From contig NC_134029.1 of the NCBI RefSeq assembly GCF_964204645.1, positions 2,914,001 to 2,978,000 of the forward strand: a DNA stretch of 64,000 bases, in the 5' to 3' direction. Below, piece after piece: positions 40,701 to 54,800 of the stretch. This DNA is from Tubulanus polymorphus (taxonomy: Eukaryota > Animalia > Nemertea). The number at the start of each line of letters is the position of its first letter. The first letter of the stretch is position 1. The translations under genes and the position numbers were made by a program. Below the pieces are notes generated by a model. That model did not search any database, was not told where the DNA came from, and saw only the letters and a list, made by a program, of their open reading frames with translations.

Positions 40701-43700
40701 GTACCCCTTACGCGTTGAACCCGTCCGACTATCTCATTACTACCGGATCACAGTCGCATTGTGGTGAATTTATATATCACCATGGAAACAAAAGGCTATT
40801 TGACACTTGAGACGCCGATGATCTCGATATTTCAAGGTCTTTCTCGTCAGTTATTTAAGGCCGTTCTGGGAATTGAGCTATGTCCTGTTGTTGGAGGGAA
40901 CATTTTCGTTTCCAATATCAGAATAATGAATTTTCAACCATTCTTCTCGCTTTCCAGTTCTCGCTTGCCATTACAAAACGATGCAAAGATTTTCCTAAGT
41001 TTTAGACCAATAAACATAAAATCTGCGTGGAATAAAGTCTGCTTTATGTATTTGTCGTTTCATCGAAATAAACTTTTTATGTCGAATAACTTTTATAAAC
41101 GACACATGTTTTTACTGGGAGAGTTTTTATTGTAAAAATTCTGTTGCATTGAACCTTCGTAAACACAGCAAGCATTGATTGCATGCATTGGTCGTTTTGT
41201 CACAGAGCTTAGTTTTTTTGTATTGAAAATTGTGGCGGTAATTTATGCGTGTGAACGCAAAATGAATGGATTGATGCAGCAGCAGCAGCAACAGCAGCGC
41301 TGTGGGAGGTTTAGAATAAACGAACTGTGTAGAGATGACATGCACAAAACCTTGATGAAGCATTGCTAGCTATAACACATGTTGTCATATTGAGAATCTT
41401 TGTCCAGGCTGTCATTGTCGTAGATAAACAAGATTAGATTTTGAATGAGGAGAGCTCTGTGTTTATACAGGGAAACTACGTTAATCTCTGCTCTAGGATC
41501 TGTGTGTCTTGCCAGTAAGAATGATAGGTTTATCATTTCACTAATGGTGCAGTATTTCACTGCTCGGTTTGAATTTGATTTCATTTTTGGACCACCTTTT
41601 CATCATTCCATTGGTAAACTCGATATTGAAAATGAATTAATTTTCGCTCTGAACCTGAAGTAACAACTGTGCAATTACTGGAATAAATCCAATAACCATC
41701 AAAAATGAAAAATGTTTTCAACGTTGCGTGGGGATTATGCTATATGTTTTTTATGACAATAAGCCGTCATTAGTAAGTCACCAAGAAATGAAGGAAATAT
41801 GAACTGCATAATGTATGATTAAAGAATTAAGCTACTTAATGCTATAAAGCCTAATTACTGTGTAATATAAGTAAAGTTGTATTGTTATTACTATGGGGTG
41901 TTTTTAATCTGCTTTCGTATTTATTTTTTGCACCATAAACTTTTTTGTTCATAGAATTTGCATGTTATAGTCGACAAAAACCTATTTCACAATAGATCTA
42001 TAATCACAATCGTTTTGATAAGGTAAAGATCTCAGATATATGTAGTTTATACTGAAGGGTCATCTTCAATCTAGAGCGGTAATTTTACAACTATCACCCA
42101 CTTGTCTATTCAATAGTTAATCAGGTTCTTCTCGGGCGATTTTATGATTGGCCAATAATCATATCATTTTCGGTTGAACAATCCTAGATTTGCTTTAGGG
42201 CTTCCCTTCCCTTCCCCTTATCTTATTCCACTCTCGACAATGGTATAATTTATCGCTGGAAAAAAAATGTCAGGGGTGTCATATGTATTAAGTCCATACG
42301 CTTCTGATAGATTGTGTACAATTTCAATCCCTGAATAAATTGAATTTTTCTAGATATTTTTGATCTTGAAATAGGGATGATTGCCCCATCTCATTTTATT
42401 TCATTGATATGATGTGGATAACTGGTTTAGCGTCTCTTACAAACCAATCGCACATTATGAAATCGAAAATCATAGCAGGCTACAGATATAGTTGGATGGT
42501 TGGTCCAAATAACAAAAAATTTTTTGTATAAAATGAAAGTAGTTCATTATTGGAAATTTCAGTTCTAATTGGTGTGAAGTATCTGCTATCAACCGGAGCG
42601 AGTGACTGATCTAAAGAGTTGAAATTCATCACACAGCCACTCAGATCCCTAGTTCAATGACTGACTCCTTTGTTATACATTCTATAGGCTTAGATGTTGT
42701 AGTTTTCAATCAGATTATTAGGATTGATTTGATTAATTTCAGCCCCCTCTCTCCCTTCTCCCACTCCCTACATGTCTAATAATGATTTACTGCGTGTTGG
42801 TCAATTTACATCTGTGCTCAGTTGATCACCTGTTTCCACTCTGTTAGATGGATTTTAAATCCAGCATTACGACTGCTGCTGCTGTTGCTGCAGGCTTGTT
42901 TCATAATAAATTGTGTATAATTTATGAATTTTCCGATTCGATCATAATATTTATAGTCGCTTTGATTAGATATTCGACTAAATTCATGTTCATTCAATGA
43001 TACACATGAACTATAGATGTATCCAGGTATCCAGACACATCTGATGCATATAATGATTTTCTGCGCCGGGTTATTTGGACCTTATCCAAAAGTTGAATTG
43101 CCGCGCTTTGATGTGCGCTTTCATACAAAGCCGTTTAAACAGCGGAAACAAGAAAAATCTTTTTGAACATTTTTTTCCACGACGACAGTAGGAGTGGGAT
43201 CATCCTTCCACCTCGCAGAGCTGCCAACCGTTCCTGATTTTTAGTATTTTGTTACTATTTTATCTCCAGAAATACTGATTTGATTTATTTGATGTGTACG
43301 GAAATGTGAAAGATGTTACCGAGGATCTTTACATCGAACACTGATTAATTAGAACGTTTTCTAATATTGAAATATTCCCGAGGAAATTCAGCTCGTAGCT
43401 GAGACCACGATTGCTGGATGGTGTCATAATACTGACAGTATCGTCTTGACGTCACAGGACCATTGACATAATACCGTGTCTGTAGCATGTCTGGTAGTTG
43501 AATGATGGGTGAGATCAGTGCATAGCTTGTATTGAAATGTGAACCCAGATCTTCATGAATTTAGTGTATTTTTTTACAATATCAACTGGACTGGGTTCAC
43601 AGTTAGTCTTTACTTATTGAAGATTCTCCTTTCGATTTACCTCCATTTATGGAACATATCGTCATTTTATGGCATTTAATGATTCTGTTGTGTACTGATA

Positions 43701-46700
43701 ATAATGTTTAGTTTTATTACGAGTCGTTATCAGTTTCTGGTTGATTTATCCTATATTTTATCATCTCTCAGGATTATCATGTCCAGCCAAGCGCTATCCG
43801 TTTATCCATTTTAGGGTCATTAACACAAACTACTTTATGACTAACATAGAATGGTTTTCTCATCAGCATTAATTAACCCATTCCCTGCTGATGCAATTTC
43901 AAGAATATGTTGTTATACTAGTGGCCTATGCTCATGTGTCTTATCATACACTCGGCATATTGGTCCATATTGAGTATCATTTATAGGGACTAAAGATGTT
44001 TGACCTGGGCCAGACCCGGAGTCAAATTTGGTCCACAAGCTTACAAGCTAAGAATTGAGCCTGAGAGACCTTTTCCGATAATCTTAATCCTTTACATGAG
44101 CATAGATTTTGCTGGTGTATGATTTAAATCAGGTTTTTTTACTGCATATTTCAGTTCAGTAATGATAGGTACTGCCGGTATATACCGAAATGTTTTAAAC
44201 GTGTTAAGTAGTTAGTAAAATGTAAATCTGTTCACCCCCTTCATTTCAATCTAAAGTTCTGCCGCGCTCGCGAGCTCTTTAAGAAACTGAAGTTGAAAGC
44301 TTATAAAAGCTAACATTTTTACCATTTCAAATGTCAATCTCGCGGGGATCCGGTTGAAGAGATCGCTCGATTTAGCTATAAATTAGAATGGGAAATTTCT
44401 CTCGGAGATCTCAATCTTCACTCTGGTTAATGAATGTAGCGCGCGTACCTATTGCTAGTTGAGATAATGAATGTGTGGTGAATATACGTAGTTTACTGTG
44501 AAGAATTCATAATTTAGTAGCAGTAATAAGATTTACTACGAGAACAATAGCAACATCTGTGATCAGAAGAACTTTCACAGTGTGTGACCGCTGGAATGAG
44601 TCAGTTTCTGCTTAACTCTTCGATGTCAGGGAAAATACTTCTTCAGGGCGGTGGAATATTCTAATACTCTAAACACCTTGCTATGATGCATAACTTACTT
44701 CGTTATTATGTTTTGCTGAAAACCTATTTTACCGATGCAGCTGTCACTTTAAAAGAACCAGGCTAGTAGTAAAGAAAAATAGTCGGCCTTGACTAAGAGT
44801 CGATACTATTTCAGGAGTTATTGAGTCAGCGATGTAATTAAATAACAATGATGTACATTTTAAAACTCAGATTAGAACTTACGATTTTTAGATTATTTTA
44901 GATATTTGAAACCGGGATGATGATAGTCCTTCTTTCTTTCTTGTACAGTGTGGCCCTTACAAATCCACCACTCCTGGAACAAATAAGATTGTTTGATTTT
45001 GGAATCGTAATCAACGTATGGTAGATATATATAGAAGGTTGAATTTTTGGTTTAAATCCAGTACACTACATTTTCGATGTTCCAGATATTTCTGCTCGGT
45101 ACATCCATAGACCCATCCCTTTTTGCCCATTCATAACTTCATCTTCTGCTTCATCTGTCACTATATAGTGTTTGACTCAACTTCTCAGTATAAGAAATGC
45201 GTAAGACGACTTCAGGGAAACCGCGTCCTCCCCGTAGTCGCTGAGTACATTGTATTAGTGGTTACCTTGGTAACCAGACAGCTGTGTGAATTTCGTAGAA
45301 ACCTGTTGAAGAATACGCCACCGGTGAATTTTCTACTTGAGATCTGATCTGATCTCGTGATATTTGCAGTTACTGAGTAAGAGTTTTACCTGTTCACTGA
45401 ATACATGGTAGTGCCATACCCATGTTGAATTTCAAGAATTTCATTATATCTCGTCGCCCGGATCCAGCTTCAGCTCCTGAAAACTGCTACGTCCACTACC
45501 ACAGCACAATGGAGGAGTATGGGGATCCTCTACCAGAAAATTTTACCACTCCCAGAATGTAAGAGGTTGTGGGACGTCAAATTTAATTTGCCACGTATCT
45601 GAAATTAGGAGATCCTTTGACCTTAATTCATGCACATTGTACTCGATCACTACCGGGGCTCAATCCACCCTTGCATCCTCTTATGTTCTTTGGGTAAACT
45701 GTTTCCGTAGATTGAATCAGGTGAAAAATAAATCGGAACAGGAAAACTAAACTAAACATATGCACAAGGGATTGTTAATGTACGGTATATAGGCTAGGCT
45801 ATGATACATGCATTCCACAATGATGTCAGAACTCACTACGTAGATAGTTGGCTCTCGACCCATAATTAAAAATCATCATTAGGTTTATTACAACGTTCAA
45901 GGTTGTTATCATACCGACATGTGTGGATTGTTATGCATTTCGAGTATAGATATGTATTATAAATTCTACCCCTGATAAACCAGATGGGAATGTTAACTTA
46001 TTTACCCCCTGTTTAAATGTTTAATCGTTATTTTATGTGTCTTTTAAGGATTTAAATCCTGGGATATTGAAGTATGCGATATCAATGGTGAATTGGCTGG
46101 TGTTGTAAACTCAGCAGGATCCGGTGAAGAGGGTTCTGGAGGTAAGATAGATAACACTGATAAACCCGTAGAGAGCAACCGGGCGGATCCGCGAGTGCTT
46201 CACGTGCCTCGCGTCAGAATCAGAAATGCCCTTCTCGGAGAAAGGCAGAAAAAAATTTGAAAAGACTTAAAATTTTTATGAGGCAAAACGTCGGAAGTCA
46301 GTTTTTGGGCTTGTGACTTCATCGGTCTTCATTCTATCTGTATTTTTTAGCAGTAGGTTCATCATGCTATAATGTTGAAAAGGGCTTATACTCAACATCG
46401 GGGTTCATATGCGCCTGATTTATCTTTGGTGAGGCAGTCAAAATTGCACGCTGGATCCACCCCTGGAGAGGGAGAGGTGTTTCAGCGGAGAACTCACTAT
46501 CATCCACCATGTTCCACTCACCGTAATGTGCTTGATAACAAAAGAAACCTCTATTGCATAACAAAATAGTTTTAACAGTAGTTCTCATATAAACTTACTT
46601 ACTTTTCAATAAAAAGAAAGTGCTTATCATTGCTTTTCACTAAGTAGTTTTGAATAATTAACAGGCAATGTTTTGAAGTGATTAAACAATGGTTTGAAAT

Positions 46701-49700
46701 GTATAGATTTCTTCTTTGCTGACACAGCTATTGTTTTAATAACTGTATAAACAAAGACTTGTGATACGTATCTGAAAATATCGATTTGAAAGTGTGGGCT
46801 GTCTGGAGTGTCACATCCCTAGGCAACCATCATTGTGATGAGGCTCCTCTACAGCTTCCATATACAATGATGTGTATACAACAGAGACATCCGCAAAACC
46901 CTGCATATGTCTATAGCTATTCATCAAATAACGTCATTTTGTTAACTACTAAGCGAATAAAGAATTAGGCTACCTGATTTGTGACTAAGTTTATACCGTT
47001 TTCAGTATGAATGAATTTCGCCAAATGTTCTATTTTCGTCTGTCTAAATGCTGATAGTCATTCAGTGCACAGAATAATTCGAGTCTTTATAAATGAATAG
47101 CATGGATTCAATTATAGTGTAATGTCTTCTGACGAATTACCGCATACATCAATCTCTCGTCTATGCGGCACATGTAGCTGTTTGTCTGGGGATAATGAAT
47201 GTTATAAATCCCCGAGGAACGAATAGCGTGGTGTCTCAGACGTAGCTTAATCTTCTTCAATAATAAAAGCTATTGCAGCTAATACTTCGCCCAGATGACT
47301 GATGCTTTCAGGGCCTTATTCTATTCTATGTTGTATAGTGTCGGCTACGGTTATGTATGAAGCTTATTTTGTCTCGGCATTAACATTGAATGGTACTATA
47401 TCATAGTTACATCAGAAGCTCACGGTCTGTGAAATGTGTAAAGAGCTTCATGAACCCACTTAAATCCGGCATCCGAGGCTCCTGATCGATTCATACATTT
47501 TAATCTTGTCGATTTCAGGTGAAAGAATCGTGACTTATTCGTCCGGATGCTTGCAGACGGAAGTACTGGTTAATCCACAATGCAGCACGGTAAGAAATCG
47601 TCTGTATTCCCTGATCGGTTCACCGCTGCAATACAAGTACATCATATTCGCCGGTCATATGATCCAAGGCTCCGGCGCCTGGGTACTCCAGGATAACATA
47701 TTCGGGCCGGATCAGGTCATACAGATCGTTAAAGATACGCCTGACGCCGATTTAAAAGACTCTCTTATTACGATTCATTGTTTGGAAGAGGGTGATTGGT
47801 CGACTGCCGCATTCGCAAAACAACTTAAAGGTACGAACATCAAGGTGAACCCGGAAGGAAAGCTGACCGAGATCGCCGGCGTTATGCAGTTTACGGCTTA
47901 CGCTTCAAACTTCATCCACGTGCAACAAGTCGAGGACATTCTACAGTCATCGGACGTCGTCGGAAACATTAGATTTAGCAAGCCTACATTGTACATATTC
48001 CCCGGGGGTCAAGGGGATTCCGCACTGTTCGGTATAAGCGGTTTTAATCTCCTCGTTAATGGAGGATTTAATCGTAAAGCGTGCTTTTGGGATTTCACTC
48101 GACATCTAGACCGTATTGATGCCCTACTCCTTACGCATTTAGGCGCTGACAACATATTTGCTGTAAGCAGTGTTATGCAGCGTAAGGCAGCTCAGTCCGT
48201 ACATCCTGAAATCGGTTACATATATTATAACGCTATTGATAAGGTAAAGCATTCCACGAATGGCGAATCGCCACGTGATAAATCTCGAGGTCTTCTTATA
48301 AATGTACTCGATGAAGGTAATCGCATTGTAGAAAATTTGAAATTACAAGGCCAATCACCGGCTTCTTGCGTGCGACCGAATTCAAGTGAACCTATCAATC
48401 TTTATCATAAGGTCGGCCACGGGTCATTAGATATGTACATTTTGAATCCGCAGCAGGATAGCAAAGAATTGAAAGATTTCTTGCTGCAATGGAGCAAGAA
48501 AGTCCCAAATATTTCGGCCTGTAAACCAGGCCAAATCCCGTTACCTGATTCTGTGTCTGTATGCTCACTTCTAGTCTGGCAGCCAGCCAACAAGTCAGAA
48601 AATATCACTCGAATCTTGTTCCCAGGTAACGTTCCTCAGCAAAAAGTATTTGAGGGTCTCGACAAATTGAAGGCGTTAGATTTCCTTAAATTTCCACAAT
48701 GCACCGACGATGATCTCCACAATAAGAAGAAGCCAGTTGCCGGTAAATCAGCAGCTAAATCGGTTACGAAAGCAGGTACAAGTAAACTGGGCATTAGAAC
48801 AGCGGGTGAGAGAAAGGGAAGTGATGCTAAAACAGATTCAAAAACAGCAAGTAAGAGTCCCTCGCCACCGAAACAACCGACAAAGAAAGTTAACGATGCT
48901 AAAAAAGGCAAAACACCTCCGTCTAAATCATCACCAAGTGTAAAAAGTCCTGGAGACAAACCCAAAGAGCTAGCCCCAGTTCCTGTTGTAGGAGCTGTGC
49001 CTCCAGTACCAGTTGGGGAACCAACACCTCCGGCACCAATTGTTGAAGCGGCACCTCCAGCACCAGTAGAACCAATACCACCACCTCCAACTAAAAAGGA
49101 ACCTGAACCCATTGTTGAGCCAGTAGCTCCAGCTGCTATTGATGAGCCAGTAGCCCCTGCTCCTATTGTTGAGCCAGTAGCTCCTGCTCCTATTGTTGAA
49201 GCCTCACCTCCTGCCTCAGATGATCCGCTTCTAGATTTTGGTATTCCTCCTCCAGAAACGCCTCCAGAACCAAAAGCTGAGTCTCTTCCTGATCCAATTA
49301 TCCCTGTTGCGCCTGTAGAACCAGCTCTTATTGAGGATGATGTGCTGCTTGCAACTAAAGACTCTCCAACTGAAGATGCGTTAACACCAGATGACACAGA
49401 TGAGCCTTCTGTGGCTGAAGTTGTTAATGAAACCCCTGCATCTCTCGACGACCTTGAACCTGCTCCCACAGGTGATCTATTGGGAGAAAAATTGGAGCCT
49501 GCAGATGTACCAAATGGTTTAGGCGATCCTTTCATAGATACCCCATCTCCAGCTGATCCTCCTTCAGCTGATCTTCTTGGAGATCTCGATACGCCACAAG
49601 CTTTACCTGATCCAGCAGTACAGCTTGAAGCTTTCGGCCAACCTGTTTTAGATACACAAGAACCCATGAAAGGGCATGTAGAAGAAGAGGATGTATCATC

Positions 49701-51834
49701 CATTCTTCCAAGCAAGCAGGAGGATCTTTCCACTCTTGAGCCTGAAGAAATAGAATCAGAAACAACTCAGCCTGATCAAGCTTTGTTGTCCCAATCAGAG
49801 CCAATTGAGGCTGAATCCACACAGCCAGATCAAGCTTTCTTCCAACCTGAACCCATTGAGCCTGAATCCGCACAGCCGGATCAAGCTTTCTTCTCCCAAC
49901 CTGAACCCATTGAGCCCGAATCCACACAGTCGGATCAAGCTTTCTTCTCCCAACCTGAACCCATTGAACCCGAATCCACACAGCCAGATCAAGCTTTCTT
50001 CTCCCAACCTGAACCCATTGAGCCCGAATCCACACAGCCGGATCAAGCTTTCTTCTCCCAACCTGAACCCATTGAACCCGAATCCACACAGCCGGATCAA
50101 GCTTTCTTCTCCCAACCTGAACCCATTGAACCCGAATCCACACAGCCAGATCAAGCTTTCTTCTCTCAACCTGAACCCATTGAGCCCGAATCCACACAGC
50201 CGGATCAAGCTTTCTTCTCCCAACCTGAACCCATTGAACCTGAACCTGCACAGCCAGATCAAGCTTTCTTCTCCCAACCTGAACCCATTGAACCTGAACC
50301 TGCACAGCCAGATCAAGCTTTCTTCTCCCAACCAGAGCCAATTGAGCCTGAATCCACACAGCCGGATCAAGTACTCTTCCAACAAGAGCCCATTGACTCT
50401 GACAAAATATTTTTAGAGGAAGCATCTCATTGTGACACTGTAGAGCAACCTGGAAATGATGATCCATCTGAAAAGGCTAAACTCGCTGAATTGGGAATTT
50501 TTGATGATGAAGCTGGTTCTTTACCTTCACATGAAAAGCTGGATAGTCAGAAACTTGCTGAATTAGGTATCTTTGATGAAGAAAGTGAAAAGGATGTGGA
50601 TACAACAGAAACTCAATATCTTCAGCATTCGCCCGAAGATGTAGAAAATGCTAATGTACCAATGGACCAACGAATCATGGCAGAGATGGGTATATATGAT
50701 GAGGATGATTCGACAAATGCCAACAGATCTGAACCTACGCAGCAGGAATCTAGTCGTGAATCAAGCATACCTTCCGATTCACAGTCTCGAGAAACTCCTG
50801 ATACTGAAATTGAGATGGACGATAAACCTGCAGAAGAGGCATCAGTTCAGTCAAGCATTGAGACAACAGAGAAAGATGTAGCAGATGTCAATCTCGTTCA
50901 TCAGCCTGATCCATTCGTAGGTACAGATAGCAATGATCCATTCCAACCCGAACCATTGCAGATCCAGACCGGCGAGCCTTCTGAGCCATTTGACCCATTG
51001 AAAGACTGGGATGAACCAATGGGTTTACCATCACCACCTCCTCCCGAAGATAAGACAGCGAGCGCTACTGCCAATGACGTCAATCATAAGCCGACTACGA
51101 AAAAACCCGCTACGCGTAAACCAGCATCGGCTACCGCAAAAACGACTGACGTCAAGAAGAAGAGTCCGACGTCACCCACAAAGCCATTGACAACGACTAC
51201 GAGGAAAACAACTACGGAAAAGAAAGGAGACACGACATCGACCACAAAAACTACAACCGTCGAAAAGAAGGGAAATGCTACGAGTACAACAAAAACATCT
51301 ACGACCACTACGAGAAATGCAGCTCCGCTTAAAAAGACACGACCTACATCAGCACCGGTTAAAGATGCGAAGGAAAACGCTGCCCCTGCTACGAAGAAGG
51401 CACTGGCTTCAAAGCCAGCATCGGCGAAGACCCGCCCCACGAGCACCGCCTCGGCCAGTCCTAAACCTAAAGCTCTCGCCCCTGTCTCACCATTTTACGT
51501 GGATTTGACATACGTGCCAAACCACGGAAATGCACAATACTGTGATCTAGAATTTTTCCGACGTGTTCGCGCTCGATATTACGTAGTCAGCAGTCTGAAC
51601 CCTAGCGCCCATGTCCTCAACTCATTGCTGGAGGCGAAACAAACCTGGGAAGATAAGGATTTAGAGGTGACGGTCATACCTACTTATGATAATGATACAT
51701 TACGTCACTGGATGGGTCTTCATCGCGATAAGTTAACCGAATTAAAAATTGACGTCGCGCCATCAGCTAGTCGGTGTACTATACAGCTGCAAGATCATGA
51801 GACTAGTTGTGCTGCATACAGATTAGAATTCTAA
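37750..51834 (+). CDS. Microtubule-associated protein 1 family (MAP1A/B/S, futsch-like) polyprotein, about 1521 aa, 3 coding exons
   Basis: Exons 37750-37906 ([10 protein letters not shown]), 46049-46141 ([16 protein letters not shown]) and 47519-51834. Heavy-chain core [59 protein letters not shown]. Light-chain C-terminus [32 protein letters not shown]. Confidence 0.95.
46176..46465. mobile_element. Degenerate hAT-type MITE in MAP1 intron 2
   Basis: GGGCGGATCC at 46181 and GGATCCACCCCTG ending at 46465. Similar termini fragments near 27300 and 57650. No exact TSD. Confidence 0.45.
49738..50400 (+). repeat. Coding 54-bp minisatellite (18-aa unit [18 protein letters not shown], about 11-12 copies) in MAP1 exon 3
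   Basis: Repeated CAACCTGAACCCATTGARCCYGAATCCACACAGCCRGATCAAGCTTTCTTCTCC with few substitutions; in frame. Confidence 0.97.
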
Positions 51835-54800
51835 CTTTCATTAGGGAACCGACTTCCTAGCTAAATTGTGATTCATTAATATATAGATAATAACGACAAT
51901 ACTAGTTTTTCTTCGAGTAAGATTTTACTCTATCGCGGAATATTGAAATTTGTATTTGATTCAGCGAGTTAGAAATAAAGCCTAGCTGCTGGATGATGAT
52001 ATTTGCGGGGTGAAATCCAATTTGATGACGGATTGCGATTGTGACACAGTTGGTTGGTATTAGTTTTCGGATTGATTAAATATACAATGCTCTCTTGTCG
52101 CTGTATTAATTGACTGGTGTACCGTACAAGCGAACTGAGACATGTCACAATTCGTCCCATGGCCATGTTGTTTTTCATCAATGAAAATTGGGTGTCGATC
52201 AATTAGCGTTTCGTATGTTATAGCCTGATTATCATTACACGACGTATATATTGATAAAAATACTGTGGCATGAGCTTCAAAAGCTGCCACGGAACCAGCG
52301 CAACATAGCTAGCTATACTTCATTCTCGGCTTAAGACCATACTCTCTAAGCAACGCGATATCCGCAGGCCATTTCTAAAGATCATGTGCGTGATGTGCGC
52401 AAATCATCAATGCATTCTTCGATGTTGTTTGTCTTCGCTTTAATCTATAGAAGAAGTTTATCCGCTAAGGCAGTTATGAATCAAAACATTTATCCACCAC
52501 AATAATCGGACATGTCAGACATAAGTATAAATATGTTGTTCGTCGAGAATAAAAGGTTTGCAAAGTTCAAAAGTGATGAGAGCGTTTCATTTTTTTGCTT
52601 ATTCATTACCTCCAGACCAAATCAAAATGATATCTAAATCGGTAGTTTGAGAAATAACTGCCATTAACTGGCAATTTGATAAATTCAGTATTGTATTCAT
52701 TCAGTAATAACTTCATGTATGAATCTGCATCTATGCAGAATCGGATATTTATTGTCTTGAATGTGTATTGGTGGCGATGAAAAATAATGTGTAAACCCCG
52801 AATCGTGGTAATTTCGTACTCTATTCGGCTGATAATTTGGACGTTACACAATGGTAAAACATGCGATAGAATGCGTAGAATTCTAGTTATTTGCTGCAGT
52901 GATTACTGAAATCAGTCCAACATGTAGAGTGCAGTTTGTTGGTAGGTATACAAGCAGCTCGCAGCTCTCCTCTTGATGATGTTGGCAAATGAGTCATTGA
53001 TGTAAATAACGTATTCAGCACTTATTCATTTCGAATATTCGCGTTGTATCCTCTCTACTGCTATACTTTATATCATCAAGTGGAGGTTTTTTAGGCAGTC
53101 AAAGGTTAATTGATTATGTATTGTTTGATTGAGCGTAGTTTTTGGGCGTGTTTCGATGTCACGGTGGAACGAATCTATGAATCTACACTAGCACTGCGTT
53201 ACAGTCCGTGGTGTAGATGTCTGCTCATAGATGGCACCACATGCTTGACACCGCGCGGTACTAGCCTGAATGAACTGTATCTCGACTGCTTTTTTGCATT
53301 GTTCTGTTGGTTTTTTATACGATTTATATTATATTATGTGTACATATAGAACACTCGTGATTATTATTATTAATATTATTAATTAAATTAGGTACGATTG
53401 ATTAATTAGATAATTATTCCATGATTTGTTTAGGCGTAGGGACGCAATGAAGATTAAATATAGTAAGAGCTTATTTCGAGAGCTTTGTTATGATATTGAT
53501 ATCGCGTATAATTGATAAACTATGATACCTGATGATGCGTAATAAAGGATTTAAAGCCCAGAGAATTGTCAATAAGATAAAATGTTTAATGTAGTTAGAT
53601 AGACTTGAAGGGGGCCGCACTTGTCAACAGCTTTTTATATTGTGTCATTAGATTTAAAAAACTGGTGTCGGCTTAATGATATATACAATGTTGAAATAAT
53701 TAACACACGTTCGTTTGCCGTATGTCGTCTTTTTCATTAATTAATAATTGCAACGATATTATTGATAATTATTAATCTTCCAGGTTTTTTTGTAGTATGG
53801 TAATCGATGTTTATGAATCGAATGAAAAATTGAAAGCTTTTTCTGCTAGATGTAAATATTCATTATGAAATGTGTGCGAAGCGATTCCTTAAAGGAAATT
53901 AGTAACAGTAGATGTTTAGGCCAGTTCGGGGGTTAGTGACTAGTGAAACTCGTGTGAAGCTGAATTTACGTGGTGATGGAAGCCTAGCTATAAATCATGG
54001 TTCAACAAATTCTCTTCTATGAAGCTACGTAAATCGATGACTGTATTGTCTTGTGTAATATTTCGATAAGATGATTATAAAATGTTTATAAATGTTGTGG
54101 TTATTTTCTCTCTATGGTCTGTGTGAGTATGTTGGCGTGCTCAAGCATTTATACCGAACTGATAGTCGTAATAATGATGATGATTTTTGTGAGATTTTGC
54201 GCTGCTCCTCACTCGAGAGGGCGGGGGCGCGGGCTGATTGCGTTGATGTGCTATTTTTGGTCACTGCTCGTGTGGGTTGCGAACTAAAGAGTGCCATGTT
54301 AGAAGGTTTCGGTTTCCATGGTGATCGAAATAAGTTGAGACCCCTTCTATTTTTAAGTAAACTGCTGTTATATGTAATTATTGTCACTTATGAAATTATT
54401 TTCTGTATCTTTATTTAGTCTGTAATGACGCATTTGGTTGGTAATAGAATATAGAATCTGACTGCGTTTGCTTTTATCTCAAATAGCGGGATTGTATAAT
54501 GACACCAAACCTATCCCTTATCAATAACAGATGTTGTGTTATCACCTAAATTTACATGTGATCTGAAAGACATATTTCTACTGTGTTACTTGAACCTAGA
54601 GACATAATTGATAATTACTGTATGCCTTTGAATAATGACTACTGTTGGTTATGCTCAAAACTCGATTGAATTATGTATAAATCGAATTACAAGTTATTAC
54701 AATCATTGTGTCTAGAAGGGTCAACTGCAGTTAGATGTATGCTTGTCGGTGCAGCGGTAACAAAATCAATAGTACAAGCGAAAACTTGGCATCAAATCGA

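Noticed and set aside
41175-41369. PolyQ-containing ORF in MAP1 intron 1
   Set aside because: A short CAG microsatellite without usable splice sites or homology.
48636-51446. Long antisense and alternate-frame ORFs (365, 311, 203, 196 and 120 aa) over MAP1
   Set aside because: These are by-products of Pro/Glu/Thr-biased codons and the 54-bp repeat, with no independent coding signal.
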